Shown here: one piece after another, positions 48,276 through 61,989 of the stretch
Layout: every line of letters begins with the position of its first letter
Numbering within the stretch: position 1 is the first letter of the stretch
Source of the DNA: Eledone cirrhosa
Lineage: Eukaryota
Assembly (NCBI GenBank): GCA_964016885.1
Contig: OZ024749.1
Span: 39,556,001-39,620,000 of the forward strand
Reading direction: 5' to 3'
Length of the DNA: 64,000 nt
Made by a program: the position numbers and the translations under genes
Notes under the pieces: model-generated
The model's input: only the letters and a program-made list of their open reading frames with translations
The model's database searches: none
Told to the model about the DNA's origin: nothing

Positions 48276-49163
48276 AAAACTCCAAAAACACAAAACAAAA
48301 AAATAAACAAAAACCAAAGAATATGAAATGAGAAAATGTGTCCAATCCTTACCAGTCGTAAAGTGAGAACCAGACATGGAGACTGATGTTTACTTGGGTT
48401 GTATCCAAAGATATTTTCCTTGACACACATTTCCCCAGCCCTTTTAAGGGGAAATCGACAGACTTTATCCACAAACGGGCTACATGTCATTAGACCATGG
48501 CATTTGATAAACTTCTCACTGGTTTGTTTCTCTTCCTCGTAAGCTGGAATAGAAACCAAACAACAACAAATGTTAATACATGTTGAAGAAAATGTCATCA
48601 TCATCATCATCATCATCGTGATCATCATTATTATCATCTCCAAGGCCAAGGTTAGCTATGCCTTTCATCCTTACGGGGGTTGATAAAATAAAGTACCAGT
48701 AATGTATTAAGATAATTGCTGGCCTTGTGCCAAAAGTAGAAACAATTATTATCATCTCCAAAACTATGGCTACACTGTGAGATGGGTTAGGTGTGGCCAA
48801 CTGGCAAGTCCCTCCTCATAATGATGCCATGCGGCACCTGAACTGAGGCTCCACTGTGTGAAGATATCTGTTGTATTCAAACCTGGAGAGGAATGGGCTC
48901 TGCCAGGTTTTAAAATGTCCTAGAAATGCCATATGTCATCTCTCCTATGACTCTCTCAGGAGTTATAAGGTCATGCATGCAAACTGAATCAAAGAATTTA
49001 ACAAGAGAAGAAAAGAGAAACACTTCCCTCCTGAAATAATCAAGAAACTTTAATTACTGACCTGTTAAGAAGTCATTTAATTGAGTGATATAATTCTCTA
49101 TTGATTGGTCTCCTTCTTTCAAGTGTATCAATCCTCCAACTGGCTTTGGATGGGCAAATAAAC
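44188..49163 (-). CDS. Sodium/potassium-transporting ATPase subunit beta (ATP1B/nervana-like), partial: four 3' exons encoding the ectodomain
   Basis: Exons 49163-49062, 48543-48353, 46362-46249, 44415-44188, GT-AG and in phase. Family motifs YITQLNDFL, C..FGY..PCLVL, VTCQGHSPVDQENMG, GFPLYYFPY.GQEDYLSPLVF, C.VWA.N and terminal F.LLLD. The 5' cytoplasmic/TM exons were not identified. Confidence 0.9.
44500..44940 (+). mobile_element. Decayed CRE-like (restriction-like endonuclease) non-LTR retrotransposon 3' fragment
   Basis: Translation [37 protein letters not shown]...AEGRK, then after a frameshift WLLKQLSLAIVRSNAFVIL, matches the RLE C-terminal pattern LEP.GL..DGKRPDG.TL.PW..G..L.WDAT...QR.S.A.QRGNA. 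Confidence 0.8.
45190..45620 (-). mobile_element. Two tandem copies of piggyBac-type MITE family A
   Basis: Copies at ~45190-45396 and ~45405-45620, both reverse. Confidence 0.8.
45828..46082. mobile_element. hAT-type MITE inserted into a SINE, 8-bp TSD
   Basis: CCTGTAAG duplicated at 45820-45827 and 46083-46090; SINE sequence resumes exactly after it; degenerate CAG...CCCTG ends. Confidence 0.7.
46249..46362 (-). CDS. Na/K-ATPase beta exon (PEELRP...VTCQGH)
   Basis: TTACAG| and |GTAAGT. Confidence 0.87.
46600..47503 (-). mobile_element. CR1/L2-type LINE 3' end with internal tandem amplification
   Basis: TRGHAHKVRKQHSSHDFRKHFFTLRVAEAWNKLP motif and (ATT)n tail; unamplified copies at 57717-58087 (-), 63826-63975 (+), 6790-6990 (+). 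Confidence 0.88.
46737..47411. repeat. 61-bp tandem repeat, 11 copies (LINE-derived)
   Basis: Unit CATGGAGGCCTTAAAGGATGCAGTGTCTCGACAGCTAACAACTGATGCAGGTAGTTTGTTC. Confidence 0.95.
48353..48543 (-). CDS. Na/K-ATPase beta exon (Cys-rich, FGY motif)
   Basis: TTCCAG| and |GTAAGG. Confidence 0.88.
49062..49163 (-). CDS. Na/K-ATPase beta exon (GLFAHPKP...LNDFLT)
   Basis: TTACAG| and |GTCAGT, phase 1-1. Confidence 0.85.
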
Positions 49164-50015
49164 CTGTAAATAGATTAAGATTTCTAAATGATAACTTGGA
49201 CACAAAGAGGCAGCCTTGCAACATATAACATCATCATCATCACGACCACCCCCACCCCCACCCCCACCACCACCACCACCACCGTCCCACACCGTACAAA
49301 ATTCTTTCCTCTCTCACATTCGCACGGCCAAGATGTGTCTTTGCCTTCTCGTCAATATTCACAAGTTCTTATGTTCAAATGAATCATTGACTTGATTTTC
49401 TCATTTTTTCCTCTCTTTACGTTGCCTCACCATTCGTGTTTGTTTACCTCTCTCTCTTTCTCCACCCAATTCTTTTTATCCCAATAACTTAATTTAGTTA
49501 TTGTATTGCCCTAGCTGGAGGTATATGGTCTGTAATGCGAACAAATACCTATGATGGCTAGTAGACCACTGAAGTCCTGGCTTCTATTTCTAATTCTTCA
49601 TTTTATTATATATATCATATTTGCCATTTTTCATTGATATATATATTTATATATATATAATATACATTGTATTAAAATAGTAAACTTAACTCTTACATCC
49701 ATATATCCTCATGACACCAGCAGCAAATTTAATGTAAATTTAATGCACATCATATTTAGAGGACGAATAAGTAAAATCAAAAAGAGTAAAACATTTACAA
49801 TACATGTGAAGAAGATGCCATTGCCTCTTTACCATTTACTAAATAAACTTAATCAATACCAACACATAAAGGAATATAGGAACAACTGAATAAAAAACCA
49901 TATCACACGAGAATACAATAACTCCTCTTTAGAGAAATTTCTATTTGCCAAGCATTGCCTAAGGAAATTTCTTAGAAAACAGCTTATAAACTATTTTGTA
50001 TATATATTATATATA

Positions 50016-50110
50016 CAGGGTGTCCCCAAAATATGCATACACACTTTTACACTTTTACACTTTTATTAGAATGCTGTTAAGGTGTGTATACATTTTTGGG
50101 GGACACCCTG
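50016..50110. mobile_element. Tc1/mariner-type MITE
   Basis: TA-CAGGGTGTCCCCAAAA ... TTTTGGGGGACACCCTG. Confidence 0.75.
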
Positions 50111-50191
50111 TGTGTGCATATACATATACATACGTAAAATTATGATATGTATATATATATATACATATAAATAAAACAGCTTATAAACTAT

Positions 50192-50226
<35 letters not shown>

Positions 50227-50360
50227 TTATATATATATAAAAGAAGGGACTTTATAACTTTTATATATATATATATATACAAGGTGTATTTTCTTTTATT
50301 ATCTTTTTCCTTATATTACATGATCTGTATAGAACGTTTTCTAATGTCCATGCTTTTTCC

Positions 50361-50427
<67 letters not shown>

Positions 50428-50463
50428 AATATATATATATATATATGTGTGTGTGTATATATA

Positions 50464-50515
<52 letters not shown>

Positions 50516-50782
50516 ACCTCAACCTACTCACAAAGTAAAAATTCTCTCGTAAACTATAAAACGTTTCATGGCATTATTTTCACAATGGATCCCATCAAGC
50601 CATCAAATCAACTAGTGCTGGGTCATGAAAAATCTTGCTACAGTGATAAAATGGAATGTTAGAATATATTTGAGGGATAGTAGCTTCGCACAGTGATACC
50701 AACTGTTTCAATAATCATCATCATTACCCTCATGATTACAATGACGACGACCACCATCAAGATTATCATCATTATTGTCATC

Positions 50783-50975
50783 AGGGCGATGGATTGGCAG
50801 TATCGGTAGAGGGTCAGACGCCATGCTTTGACGCATAGAGTTACGGCCCTTGCCATTCTGAGTTCAAATCCCGCCGAGGTTAACTTTGCCTTTCATCCTT
50901 ACGAGGTCGATAAAATAAAGTACCAGTAATACACTGGTGCCTTTGCTGGCCTTGTGCCAAAAGTAGAAACAATTA
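50783..50975 (+). mobile_element. Full-length SINE (same family as 40131-40321)
   Basis: B box GAGTTCAAATCC; 3' end TGGCCTTGTGCCAAAAGTAGAAACAATTA. Confidence 0.85.
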
Positions 50976-51048
50976 TCGTCATCATCATTTAACATTTGTT
51001 TTCCCTGATCTCTCATTCTCTCTCCCCCCTATTTCTCTTTATATATAG

Positions 51049-51119
<71 letters not shown>

Positions 51120-52388
51120 TGTGTAGGAAAAGAGTCAGGACCCCGACAGCTGAGCTCCAGCTGTTTTGACAGCTAGATCCGAACCGATCAGATCTAGCTA
51201 TCAAAATGGCCGGAGTTCAGCCATCGGGGTCCTGACTCTTTTCCCATTACCCACTCTACTACTCTAAGTATTGAGTACTCTGGTGCATATATATATATTA
51301 GAATATGTGTTAAAATGCTGTGGTATTTAAAGCATTCAAATATTAACTGAATGAGCACTCAATACTGGTGGGTAGAGTGTAAAAATGTATTTTCTGAGTA
51401 GAAAAGTGACAGTGACTTTGAAGTTACAGTATAGATGCTTCATATGGCTGCCTGATGAAGTGGCCAAGCTGAGACGTCCATGTCACTGCTAGCTGGCTAT
51501 AGAAAAACTGTCTGAAAATTGAACCCATGCTGGTATAGAAAAAAGGACATAAAACTGCCCACAAAAGACCCATTGACCCTATGATAGTATAGAAAAGTGG
51601 ACATAAAATTGCCCCACAAAAGTCTTATTGAATCCATGCCAGTATAAAAAAGTGGACATAAAATTGCCCCCCAAAAGTCTTATTGATCCTATGCCCGTAT
51701 AAACAAGTGGATATGAAACTACCTAAAAAAATGTCATTGAACCCATGCCAGTATAGAAAAGTGGAAAAGTGGACATAAAACCAATATGGCAGAAGAAATG
51801 TTTGTTTGTTTGTTGAAATAACAAGGGAGTGGATCTGAAAATAGAACTAAATGTAAAACAATATTTATTCCTGACAGTTTTTCTGTTCTGTTTATATCTG
51901 AGATGTTGGTGAGAAAGAGAAGGAAAAAAAAAAAGAAAAAAAAAAAAATATATATATATATATAGAGAGAAAGAGAGAGAGAGAGAAAGAGATATTGATA
52001 GAGAGAAGTGGCAGAAAAACTGACAGAAGATGTATATATTTCAGTATATATTTCAAGAAAATGGTTTGGTCAATATTGTTTTCCCTCTCTCTTCTAACTT
52101 AACTGGCTATCAGAAGTAATTTCTGCCTGTCATCTTAATAACATATCTTTTAACAATGGCAAACAGCCAAGGATATTTACAAACAAAGTTTAGGAATTTT
52201 GTCTGAATTTCTGAGATGAAGAATTATGACCAATAATATACACTGATTTTTTTTTTTTCAGACTAGTGTCCTCATCTTAGTTGTAATAGTCGCAATGTTT
52301 CTGCTGTTGCACACAATAGCCTTCTTAAAGTGCCTGACATATTTGGTAACATTCTGTCTATCTATTGATCACTCTCTTTCTCTCTCTC

Positions 52389-52420
<32 letters not shown>

Positions 52421-53124
52421 GATATATATTTAAAGGAACGATCGACTTTCGTCAAATCGGACCGAGGGAACAATGTTTCCGTTGGTCTTTCCAATTGCTA
52501 ATACTATCTATCGGTCGCAACTCCAGGTAGAAGGAGCAACGTGAAATAAAGTGTCTTGCTCAAGGACATAACGCATCGCCTGGTCCAGGAATCGAACTCA
52601 CAACCTTATGATTGCGAATCCAATTCTCTAACCACTCAGCCACACGCCTTCACAAATATAGATATATATGTACATACATAAATACCACCATCATCATCAT
52701 CATCATCATGTGTGTATATATATATATATATATATACACACACATTATACTCTGATTTAATAAGATTACTGCCCTTGTTCTCTGTTGTTACAGTCATATC
52801 ATTTCTGCCATTATACCCTCCTCCCACCTCCCTTCTTCAGGTGTCTGTGGTATTTAGTAATGTTCTCAGAATGTTTAACTGAACCCTTGTTTTTCTTTCC
52901 ATTGTCCATGACATGGGTATCCTTGTATTAATTACAATACATTTGCCAACCACTTTATGGAGCGTACTGGATGCATTTTATCATAACACCAGCACTAAAA
53001 AAATTGTCATTTTCTTGACAAGACTAAAGAGGTCTCTGTATTGTAGTTGGTGAAGGAATGGAGACAGTGTAGGGCAGAGAGAGCTCTTGACAACCCCTCT
53101 TGTGCTGATGTCATGATAAAATGC

Positions 53125-55246
53125 ATCCTGTATACACTGTATAGTGGTTGGTGTTAGGAAGAGCATCTGGTATACTGTGTAAAGTGGTTGGTGTTAGGAA
53201 GAGCATCTGGTATACTATGTAATGTGGTGGTGTTAGGAAGAGCATCTGGTATACTGTGTATAGTGGTTGGTGTTAGGAAGAGCATCTGGTATACTGTGTA
53301 ATGTGATTGGTGTTAGGAAGAGCATCTGGTATACTGTGTAATGTGGTTGGTGTTAGGAAGAGCATCTGGTATACTGTGTAATGTGGTTGGTGTTAGGAAG
53401 AGCATCTGGTATACTGTGTAATGTGGTTGGTGTTAGGAAGAGCATCTGGTATACTGTGTAATGTGGTTGGTGTTAGGAAGAGCATCTGGTATACTGTGTA
53501 ATGTGGTTGGTGTTAGGAAGAGCATCTGGTATACTCTGTAATGTGGTTGGTGTTAGGAAGAGCATCTGGTATACTGTGTAATGTGGTTGGTGTTAGGAAG
53601 AGCATCTGGTATACTGTGTAATGTGGTTGGTGTTAGGAAGAGCATCTGGTATACTGTGTATAGTGGTTGGTGTTAGGAAGAGCATCTGGTAGACTGTGTA
53701 ATGTGGTTGGTGTTAGGAAGAGCATCTGGTATACTGTGTAATGTGGTTGGTGTTAGGAAGAGCATCTGGTATACTGTGTAATGTGGTTGGTGTTAGGAAG
53801 AGCATCTGGTATACTGTGTAATGTGGTTGGTGTTAGGAAGAGTATCTGGTATACTGTGTAATGAAGTGGTGTTAGGAAGAGCATTTGGTATACTGTGTAA
53901 TGGGGTTGGTGTTAGGAAGAGCATCTGGTATACTGTGTAATGTGGTTGGTGTTAGGAAGAGCATCTGGTATACTCTGTAATGTGGTTGGTGTTAGGAAGA
54001 GCATCTGGTATACTATGTAATGTGGTTGGTGTTAGGAAGAGCATCTGGTATACTGTGTAATGTGGTTGGTGTTAGGAAGAGCATCTGGTATACTGTGTAA
54101 TGTGGTCGGTGTTAGGAAGAGCATCTGGTATACTGTGTAATGTGGTTGGTGTTAGGAAGAGCATCTGGTATACTGTGTAATGTGGTTGGTGTTAGGAAGA
54201 GCATCTGGTATACTGTGTAATGTGGTTGGTGTTAGGAAGAGCATCTGGTATACTGTGTAATGTGGTTGGTGTTAGGAAGAGCATCTGGTATACTGTGTAA
54301 TGTGGTTGGTGTTAGGAAGAGCATCTGGTATACTGTGTATAGTGGTTGGTGTTAGGAAGAGCATCTGGTAGACTGTGTAATGTGGTTGGTGTTAGGAAGA
54401 GCATCTGGTATACTGTGTAATGTGGTTGGTGTTAGGAAGAGCATCTGGTATACTGTGTAATGTGGTCGGTGTTAGGAAGAGCATCTGGTATACTCTGTAA
54501 TGTGGTTGGTGTTAGGAAGAGCATCTGGTATACTATGTAATGTGGTTGGTGTTAGGAAGAGCATCTGGTATACTGTGTAATGTGGTTGGTGTTAGGAAGA
54601 GCATCTGGTATACTGTGTAATGTGGTTGGTGTTAGGAAGAGCATCTGGTATACTGTGTAATGTGGTTGGTGTTAGGAAGAGCATCTGGTATACTGTGTAA
54701 TGTGGTCGGTGTTAGGAAGAGCATCTGGTATACTGTGTAATGTGGTTGGTGTTAGGAAGAGCATCTGGTATACTGTGTAATGTGGTTGGTGTTAGGAAGA
54801 GCATCTGGTATACTGTGTAATGTGGTTGGTGTTAGGAAGAGCATCTGGTATACTGTGTAATGTGGTCGGTGTTAGGAAGAGCATCTGGTATACTGTGTAA
54901 TGTGGTTGGTGTTAGGAAGAGCATCTGGTATACTGTGTAAAGTGGTTGGTGTTAGGAAGAGCATCTGGTATACTGTGTAATGTGGTCGGTGTTAGGAAGA
55001 GCATCTGGTATACTGTGTAATGTGGTTGGTGTTAGGAAGAGCATCTGGTATACTGTGTAATGTGGTTGGTGTTAGGAAGAGCATTTGGTATACTCTGTAA
55101 TGTGGTCGGTGTTAGGAAGAGCATCTGGTATACTCTGTAATGTGGTTGGTGTTAGGAAGAGCATCTGGTATACTCTGTAATGTGGTTGGTGTTAGGAAGA
55201 GCATCTGGTATACTGTGTAATGTGGTTGGTGTTAGGAAGAGCATCC
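53125..55246. repeat. 40-bp minisatellite, ~53 copies (SINE-derived)
   Basis: Unit CTGGTATACTGTGTAATGTGGTTGGTGTTAGGAAGAGCAT. Confidence 0.97.
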
Positions 55247-55513
55247 AATCATAGAAATCATGTTAAAAGATGGAGTGTATGAGCATGACATAGAGCAGTA
55301 ACCTGTCCAGGAGGGCAGTAACTCTAAATAAGAACTGACTTGGACCAAAGTGTAGATAGTATAGATGGCAGGTATATAATGAAGATAATGATGTTGATGA
55401 TGATGGTGATGATGATGATGACGATGATGATAATGATGATGATGATGATGACAACGAAAATGATAATGATGGTAATGGTGACAATGAGGATGATAATAAT
55501 GATGTTAATGACA

Positions 55514-55545
<32 letters not shown>

Positions 55546-55918
55546 GATGATGATGAAAATGATGATGATGACAATGATAATGAAATAATGATAAAGATGA
55601 TAATTATAATCATAATGATTATTATCTTCATGGTTTCCTAATCTAAAATTAATTAGGAACCAATTAAATATTCAGTTATGCCCCACACTTTCCTACATAA
55701 TTCCAATCTGTTCAAATAAAAAAATATTTCATTTAAAAACAAAAAACAGTCCTAATTTCTCATAGTACTGCTGTTCTATAGGAATTCCTATAGAAATGCC
55801 ATACTAATAGTGCTGGTGTTCTATGGGAATTCTTTAGAAATGTCATTCCATTATCAAACAGAAGGGGCATAATGTCAACTATAACATACACTCATATGTA
55901 CACTTTATGTATGTATAT

Positions 55919-55950
<32 letters not shown>

Positions 55951-55974
55951 TGTTTAACGTCCATCTTCCATGCT

Positions 55975-56675
<701 letters not shown>

Positions 56676-57716
56676 GTTGTTGTTTTGTTTTTGAAGAAAA
56701 ATTTTAAAATACATTTTTCCTATCAATTTTCCATTTTTCCAGTCGAGTGTTTCTTTCTTTTCTACCTGTAAGATTTCTTTCTGATATTAATCAATAATCC
56801 TCCATCATCACCTTCCATGCTTGTCAGATAATCGATAACAAGTAACCGAGACTAAAATGATACTCAATGATGAGAATGTAGGCCTTATTTAGACATATTT
56901 CATAAAACAACAACAACAACAACAAAATATCAAAGAAAATATCAAACTAAAAATATATAGCACAAACAAAAACAAGACTAAAAAGCAACGTATACCAGCA
57001 ATTGTTAAAAGCATGGTTTTCAGAAAGTTATCTAAAAGGAGAAACTAGCTACAAACACAAACACACATACATACTCACACTACAAAGTGCAGCCTGGCAT
57101 GATCATGTGGTTAGGGCATTTGCTTGACAACTATTTGGTTTTGGGGGGTTCTGTCTTACTGCAGGCCTGTCAACTTTTCCCATCCGACGGGGAGATCTCC
57201 CACCCATTTTGGGGTGGGTGAGCGATGTCTTCTCTTGTGAAAATGGGTATAGCTTTCATTATGTAAAATCTCCCCATTTTGCCTCATTTCTCCCCGTTTT
57301 GGGGCACTTTTTTTCATGGTACTCCCCGTTTGGGTTAGTTACTGCATAGTTGGTACCCTGGGCAAGTGTTTTCTACTATATAGCCCTGGCTTGACCAATG
57401 GCTTGTGAGTGGAATATGATAGATGTATAACCATAATGTATTTTCTTATTATAAAGTAGGTGTTTGGAACATAACTTAACTCTTTTGTTAATGCATTACA
57501 TATTAGAAATAAAATACAGAACCAATGTGTTTCAATTCATTTTGAAACTAATAAAAAAAAATTGAAGGAATTTAATAAAATAGCCAACGTTTTTTTATTA
57601 TTGGAATATTACTTAAAGTATTATGATAGAAAGTTTTAATTTAAGTATGAACATTTTAAAAATAGGCAATTTTGTATCATAAAACCAAAGGCAGTTTGTT
57701 ATTACATAATAATAGT

Positions 57717-58087
57717 AATAATGAAAATTATTGTGTACAGTGCTCAGGTGCACTACAACATATCAAAAGTGCATGTATAGTACATAGAATAATGTACAAA
57801 AGTCAGGAAAGTGAACAGTGTATGAGTTATAATACACACCACCACACACATGCACAACACACACACACACACATGCGTACATGTGTATGGAGGGGGAATA
57901 TCAGGTGTAGTGTTGGCGAATTTCAGACAGCATGGAAGTTTTGAAGGATGCAGTGTCATGATAGCTAACAACTGATGCAGGTAGTTCGTTCAATGCCTCA
58001 GCAACTCTGAGCATGAAAAAATGTTTCCGAAAGTCATGGAAGCTGTACTGGCTTCTGATTTTGTAAGCATGTCCATTAGTGTTAGAC
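57717..58087 (-). mobile_element. CR1/L2-type LINE 3' end
   Basis: GHAYKIRSQYSFHDFRKHFFMLRVAEALNELP plus the same 3' UTR. Confidence 0.85.
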
Positions 58088-58722
58088 ATATGGAATTCAA
58101 AAAGGTGCCCAGAGTTGTTGTTTGAAAAAGGGTTAACAAAGGTTCTTATAAAAGATTATGGTGGAAGGATTTTAGATAAATATTAACACTTTAAAACAAG
58201 AACCTTTTTAACATAGAACTAGGGCCAGTTTCAGGCAGTTTAGTTAAAAAGTTTATTGTTATTATCATTGTTGTGATTGTAGTTGGTATATATATGAAGG
58301 TCAACTAGGTCATTGAGAGTTAACTCCCTTTGGCTGGACAATGTGTAACATTGTTTACAGGAAATCCACAATGTCAATGTAAAGTCAGATAGTGGCTGGC
58401 TGTGAGTCAACTAAGTTAGCTGTAAGTCTCAACAATGTAACTCTATACAATGGACTTAATTCTACCATTAATACAATAAATATTGACCAAATGAAGAGAC
58501 TACAGTTGTAATGTTTGCTTGCTGCAATACTTTAAACATCACTAATTGTAGAATTACTGATCATTAACTGTACTAGAGGAGGATTTACAAAGGAAGCAAA
58601 TCAATAAAAATAAACAAACAAAAGGAGAGAAGCTGATTGTCAGAGTGGACCAAAGAAACAATGTTTCCACTGACCATTCTTTTGCTGATACAATCGGCCA
58701 GCCAGTCTCAACTTCTGTTAGT

Positions 58723-58753
<31 letters not shown>

Positions 58754-60750
58754 CCGTTTTACGTCCATTCTTCCACGCTAGCATGGCTTAGACAGGTTGT
58801 CCTGTTGTGGACAATGCCAGGTCGGGGGACCATGTATTGCCCATACGGGAAATGATTTTGGCTTGATTTTTTTCTACAGCTGGATGCCCTTCCTAACACC
58901 AACTTCATTTACAGTGAGTACTGGGTCCTTTTTTACCATGGCGCCTACACGGCCACTTAACAGTGTGGATTGGGTACTTTTTTGTCATGATACCTCCACG
59001 ACCATATATATATATATATTATCATCATCATCACCATCATCATCATTTAATGCCATTTTCCATGCTTGCATTATGAGGTTAAACAGCTCAGGTGACCACA
59101 TCTTGCTTGTACATTCCATTTTAGGAATTCTTTAGGAATCCCCTTTCTGAAGGTAACAACATTTCCATGTGTACTGGGAGCTTTTTTGTGGCACCAGCAT
59201 TACCACCTTATATAATGGACTGGATGCTTTTTGTCATTGTCAGTAGCCCAACTCCCCAGACACTCTTGAAGTGGCACAAGCTGAAAAATGTAATTTACTG
59301 ATATATTACAGTATTTCAGCAATTTATTCCGTTTTCTATGCAAGCATGGAAAATAGACATTAAACAATGATGATGATGATGAGGATGATTTGTTGATCCC
59401 CAACCTTTGCCACATCATCTAAGATGTGAGAAGGAGTGAAAGAGTTGCTGTCATTAATGTCCCATATGAGACTTCTGCTTCTAGCACAATTACAAAAAGT
59501 AAGTTTGTTGGACCTCTTCTCAATGTAACTCCAGAATAGTAACTCTGGCTAGGGGTTGGTGTGCTGAGTAAAGTAGCCAGCATGCAGTTGACATGACACT
59601 CTATAAAACCCCTTTCCCCTTCCCCGTGATGTGACTCACAAGGAGAGGCAGGCTAAATCTTTATTTTTCCTTCTGAAAAACAACTGTATCATTTCTATAT
59701 AATAACATACCCAGTGGAGCTAAGGAAAGTCTGTGAAGGTCAGTGAAATATTTAAAAATTTGCTATTTTGATGGTAAAATAAATAACAGACTATTAATAT
59801 AGGAAATGTCAGGTTTTATTCAGCAAGTAAACAAAATTCTCCTCTAATCTATTTTATTGACTAATTTACTAAGCAGATAATTATTTACACTTAGCTCATT
59901 ACAATAGTTGTGTAATTAAATGTGCAATGAAGGCAGCAAGCTGGCAAAGTTGTTAAAGTGTTTCAATAGACTGCTTTGCTTCAGTTCCAACTTCCTATAT
60001 TCTGAGTTCAAATCCCACCAAGATCAATTTTGTATTTTATCCTTTCAAAGTCTCTAAATAAACTACCAGTCTAGCAATACTGGAATCGATTCTTAAGCCA
60101 CCCCCCTCCCTCTCTCTGTTTCTTTTTCTCTGGAAAAAAAAATCAGTTTTGTTCAAACCAGGGAAGAGATGGTCTCTGCCAGATTCATAATGCCCAAGAC
60201 ATGCTGTATACCAGGATGGTATTATTTTAACTTTATCAGAAGTTAAAATCCCTTTCCTTCGTTTTTCCTATACTGGTATGGATTTGAGACTAGTTTCGCT
60301 GATAAATATCAAACAGACAATTTAATATCAAAACAACAAAAACAACAGGTATCTTAAGGTGATTTTTCCCTGCTAAAGCAAGGATCAGCCTTATGAGTTC
60401 CTTTTCAAGGCAATATTTTACAGCCAGATGCCTTTCCTGACACCAACATTTTTAGTCCCCTCTCATGACACACAAGGATATGGTATATTTATTCCAAACC
60501 GGATACATTCTGTTACTCTTTGCAACATTTACTGTATCAATGAAAGTGAAATGTTGCTATAGGTGTGTTATAGAAAGATTAGTAATGATATACTTGTATA
60601 GAAGGATAGAGAGATAGAATGAAAGAAAGAAAGAAAAGTCCCTTAACTCATTATAGGGTCATAGGGGCTCTGTCCTAACTTGGATATTTTAGACCTGGTG
60701 GAGCCCATCCGTCTCCAGATCAGAACACACCAGAAGTAGAGAGAGAGGGA

Positions 60751-60830
<80 letters not shown>

Positions 60831-60985
60831 TTGATCCCACCTTTGGACTGGTATTTTATTTATAAGAATGAACATTGGTGAAAGGCAGGTTGACCTTGGC
60901 AGGATTTGAACTCAGAGTGCAATGAAGTGAAAGGCATTTTTAAAATCCAACTTTACCAATTCACCACCTTTACACTAGTATATAT

Positions 60986-61172
60986 TTAACCCTTTAGCAT
61001 TTAAACTGTTCAAACTGGCTGTAACTGGCCACTGATACTGATATTAAGACATTTTTCTCAACATAAATAATATCAAAATCTCATAGATTCGATATTATGG
61101 GAAATAATTATGTGAGGTAAAGCATGAAAATATAATAGTAAATATAGATTAATGTTAATGCCATAGGGTTAA
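60986..61172 (+). mobile_element. piggyBac-type MITE family A (internally deleted)
   Basis: TTAA ends, same body. Confidence 0.75.
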
Positions 61173-61989
61173 GTTTATTTGGGTTGATTAACAGATATAT
61201 ATATATATATATATATATAAGGACACTTTAATAACATCATTATTATGTTCAAATCGCGCCGAGGTTAACTTTGCCTTTCATCCTAACGGGGTCGATAAAA
61301 TAAAGTACCAGTAATGCACTGGATTAAATGCTGGCCTTGTGCCAAAAGTAGAAAAAATTATTATCATATTTATTGGTGGATTGGCAGTACTAGTAGAAGG
61401 CTGGACGCCATGCTTTACAACATAGAGTTATGGCCCTTTACGTTCCGAGTTCAAATCCTGCCGAGGTTAACTTTGCCTTTCATCCTTACAATTATTACCA
61501 TATTCTAAACATTTATTTACTTTACAATTCACATTGTGGTATTTTTGAAACAAAACACTATTTTCTAGCTCTATAAAAAAACAACATAATATTACAGTAT
61601 AGATTTAATGTCAAAACACTTATATAATTGACCATAAATGTTAGGTCTGGTTCATAGTTGATTGTATCTAATATATAGCCAGAAAATATTTCAGTTGGGA
61701 GGGAGCTATACTGAATTTTGATAATGATGATTATGAATGAGAATATTATGAGGACATTAAAAATGTTGTATGTAATTCTGTGTAATTATGGCTAATTATG
61801 TAATTGTTCTTGAACTAATGAGAGTTACATAATTCAGCCAAAATGGAAGGTGAAGAAACTGAATTGTTTTGTTATATTTTAATAAAACAACATAATATTA
61901 CAGTATAGATTTAACGTTGTATTATTATAGATTTAACATCAATATTATTATTAACATTGTTATATTTTAATAACATTAATAATAATACT

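Noticed and set aside
49865-50637. Candidate 5'/TM exons for the Na/K-ATPase beta gene (50637-50532 and ~49958-49865)
   Set aside because: Splice-like signals exist but phases do not join to exon 49163, and there is no similarity to the GRT..SW..I..FY TM motif.
52262-52346. Hydrophobic plus-strand exon-like segment after a T-rich AG
   Set aside because: Weak donor, no partner exons and no recognised homology.
53125-55246. Long regular array resembling a CRISPR locus (also 46737-47411)
   Set aside because: Units are contiguous with no unique spacers, derive from local retroposons, and there are no cas genes; eukaryotic context.
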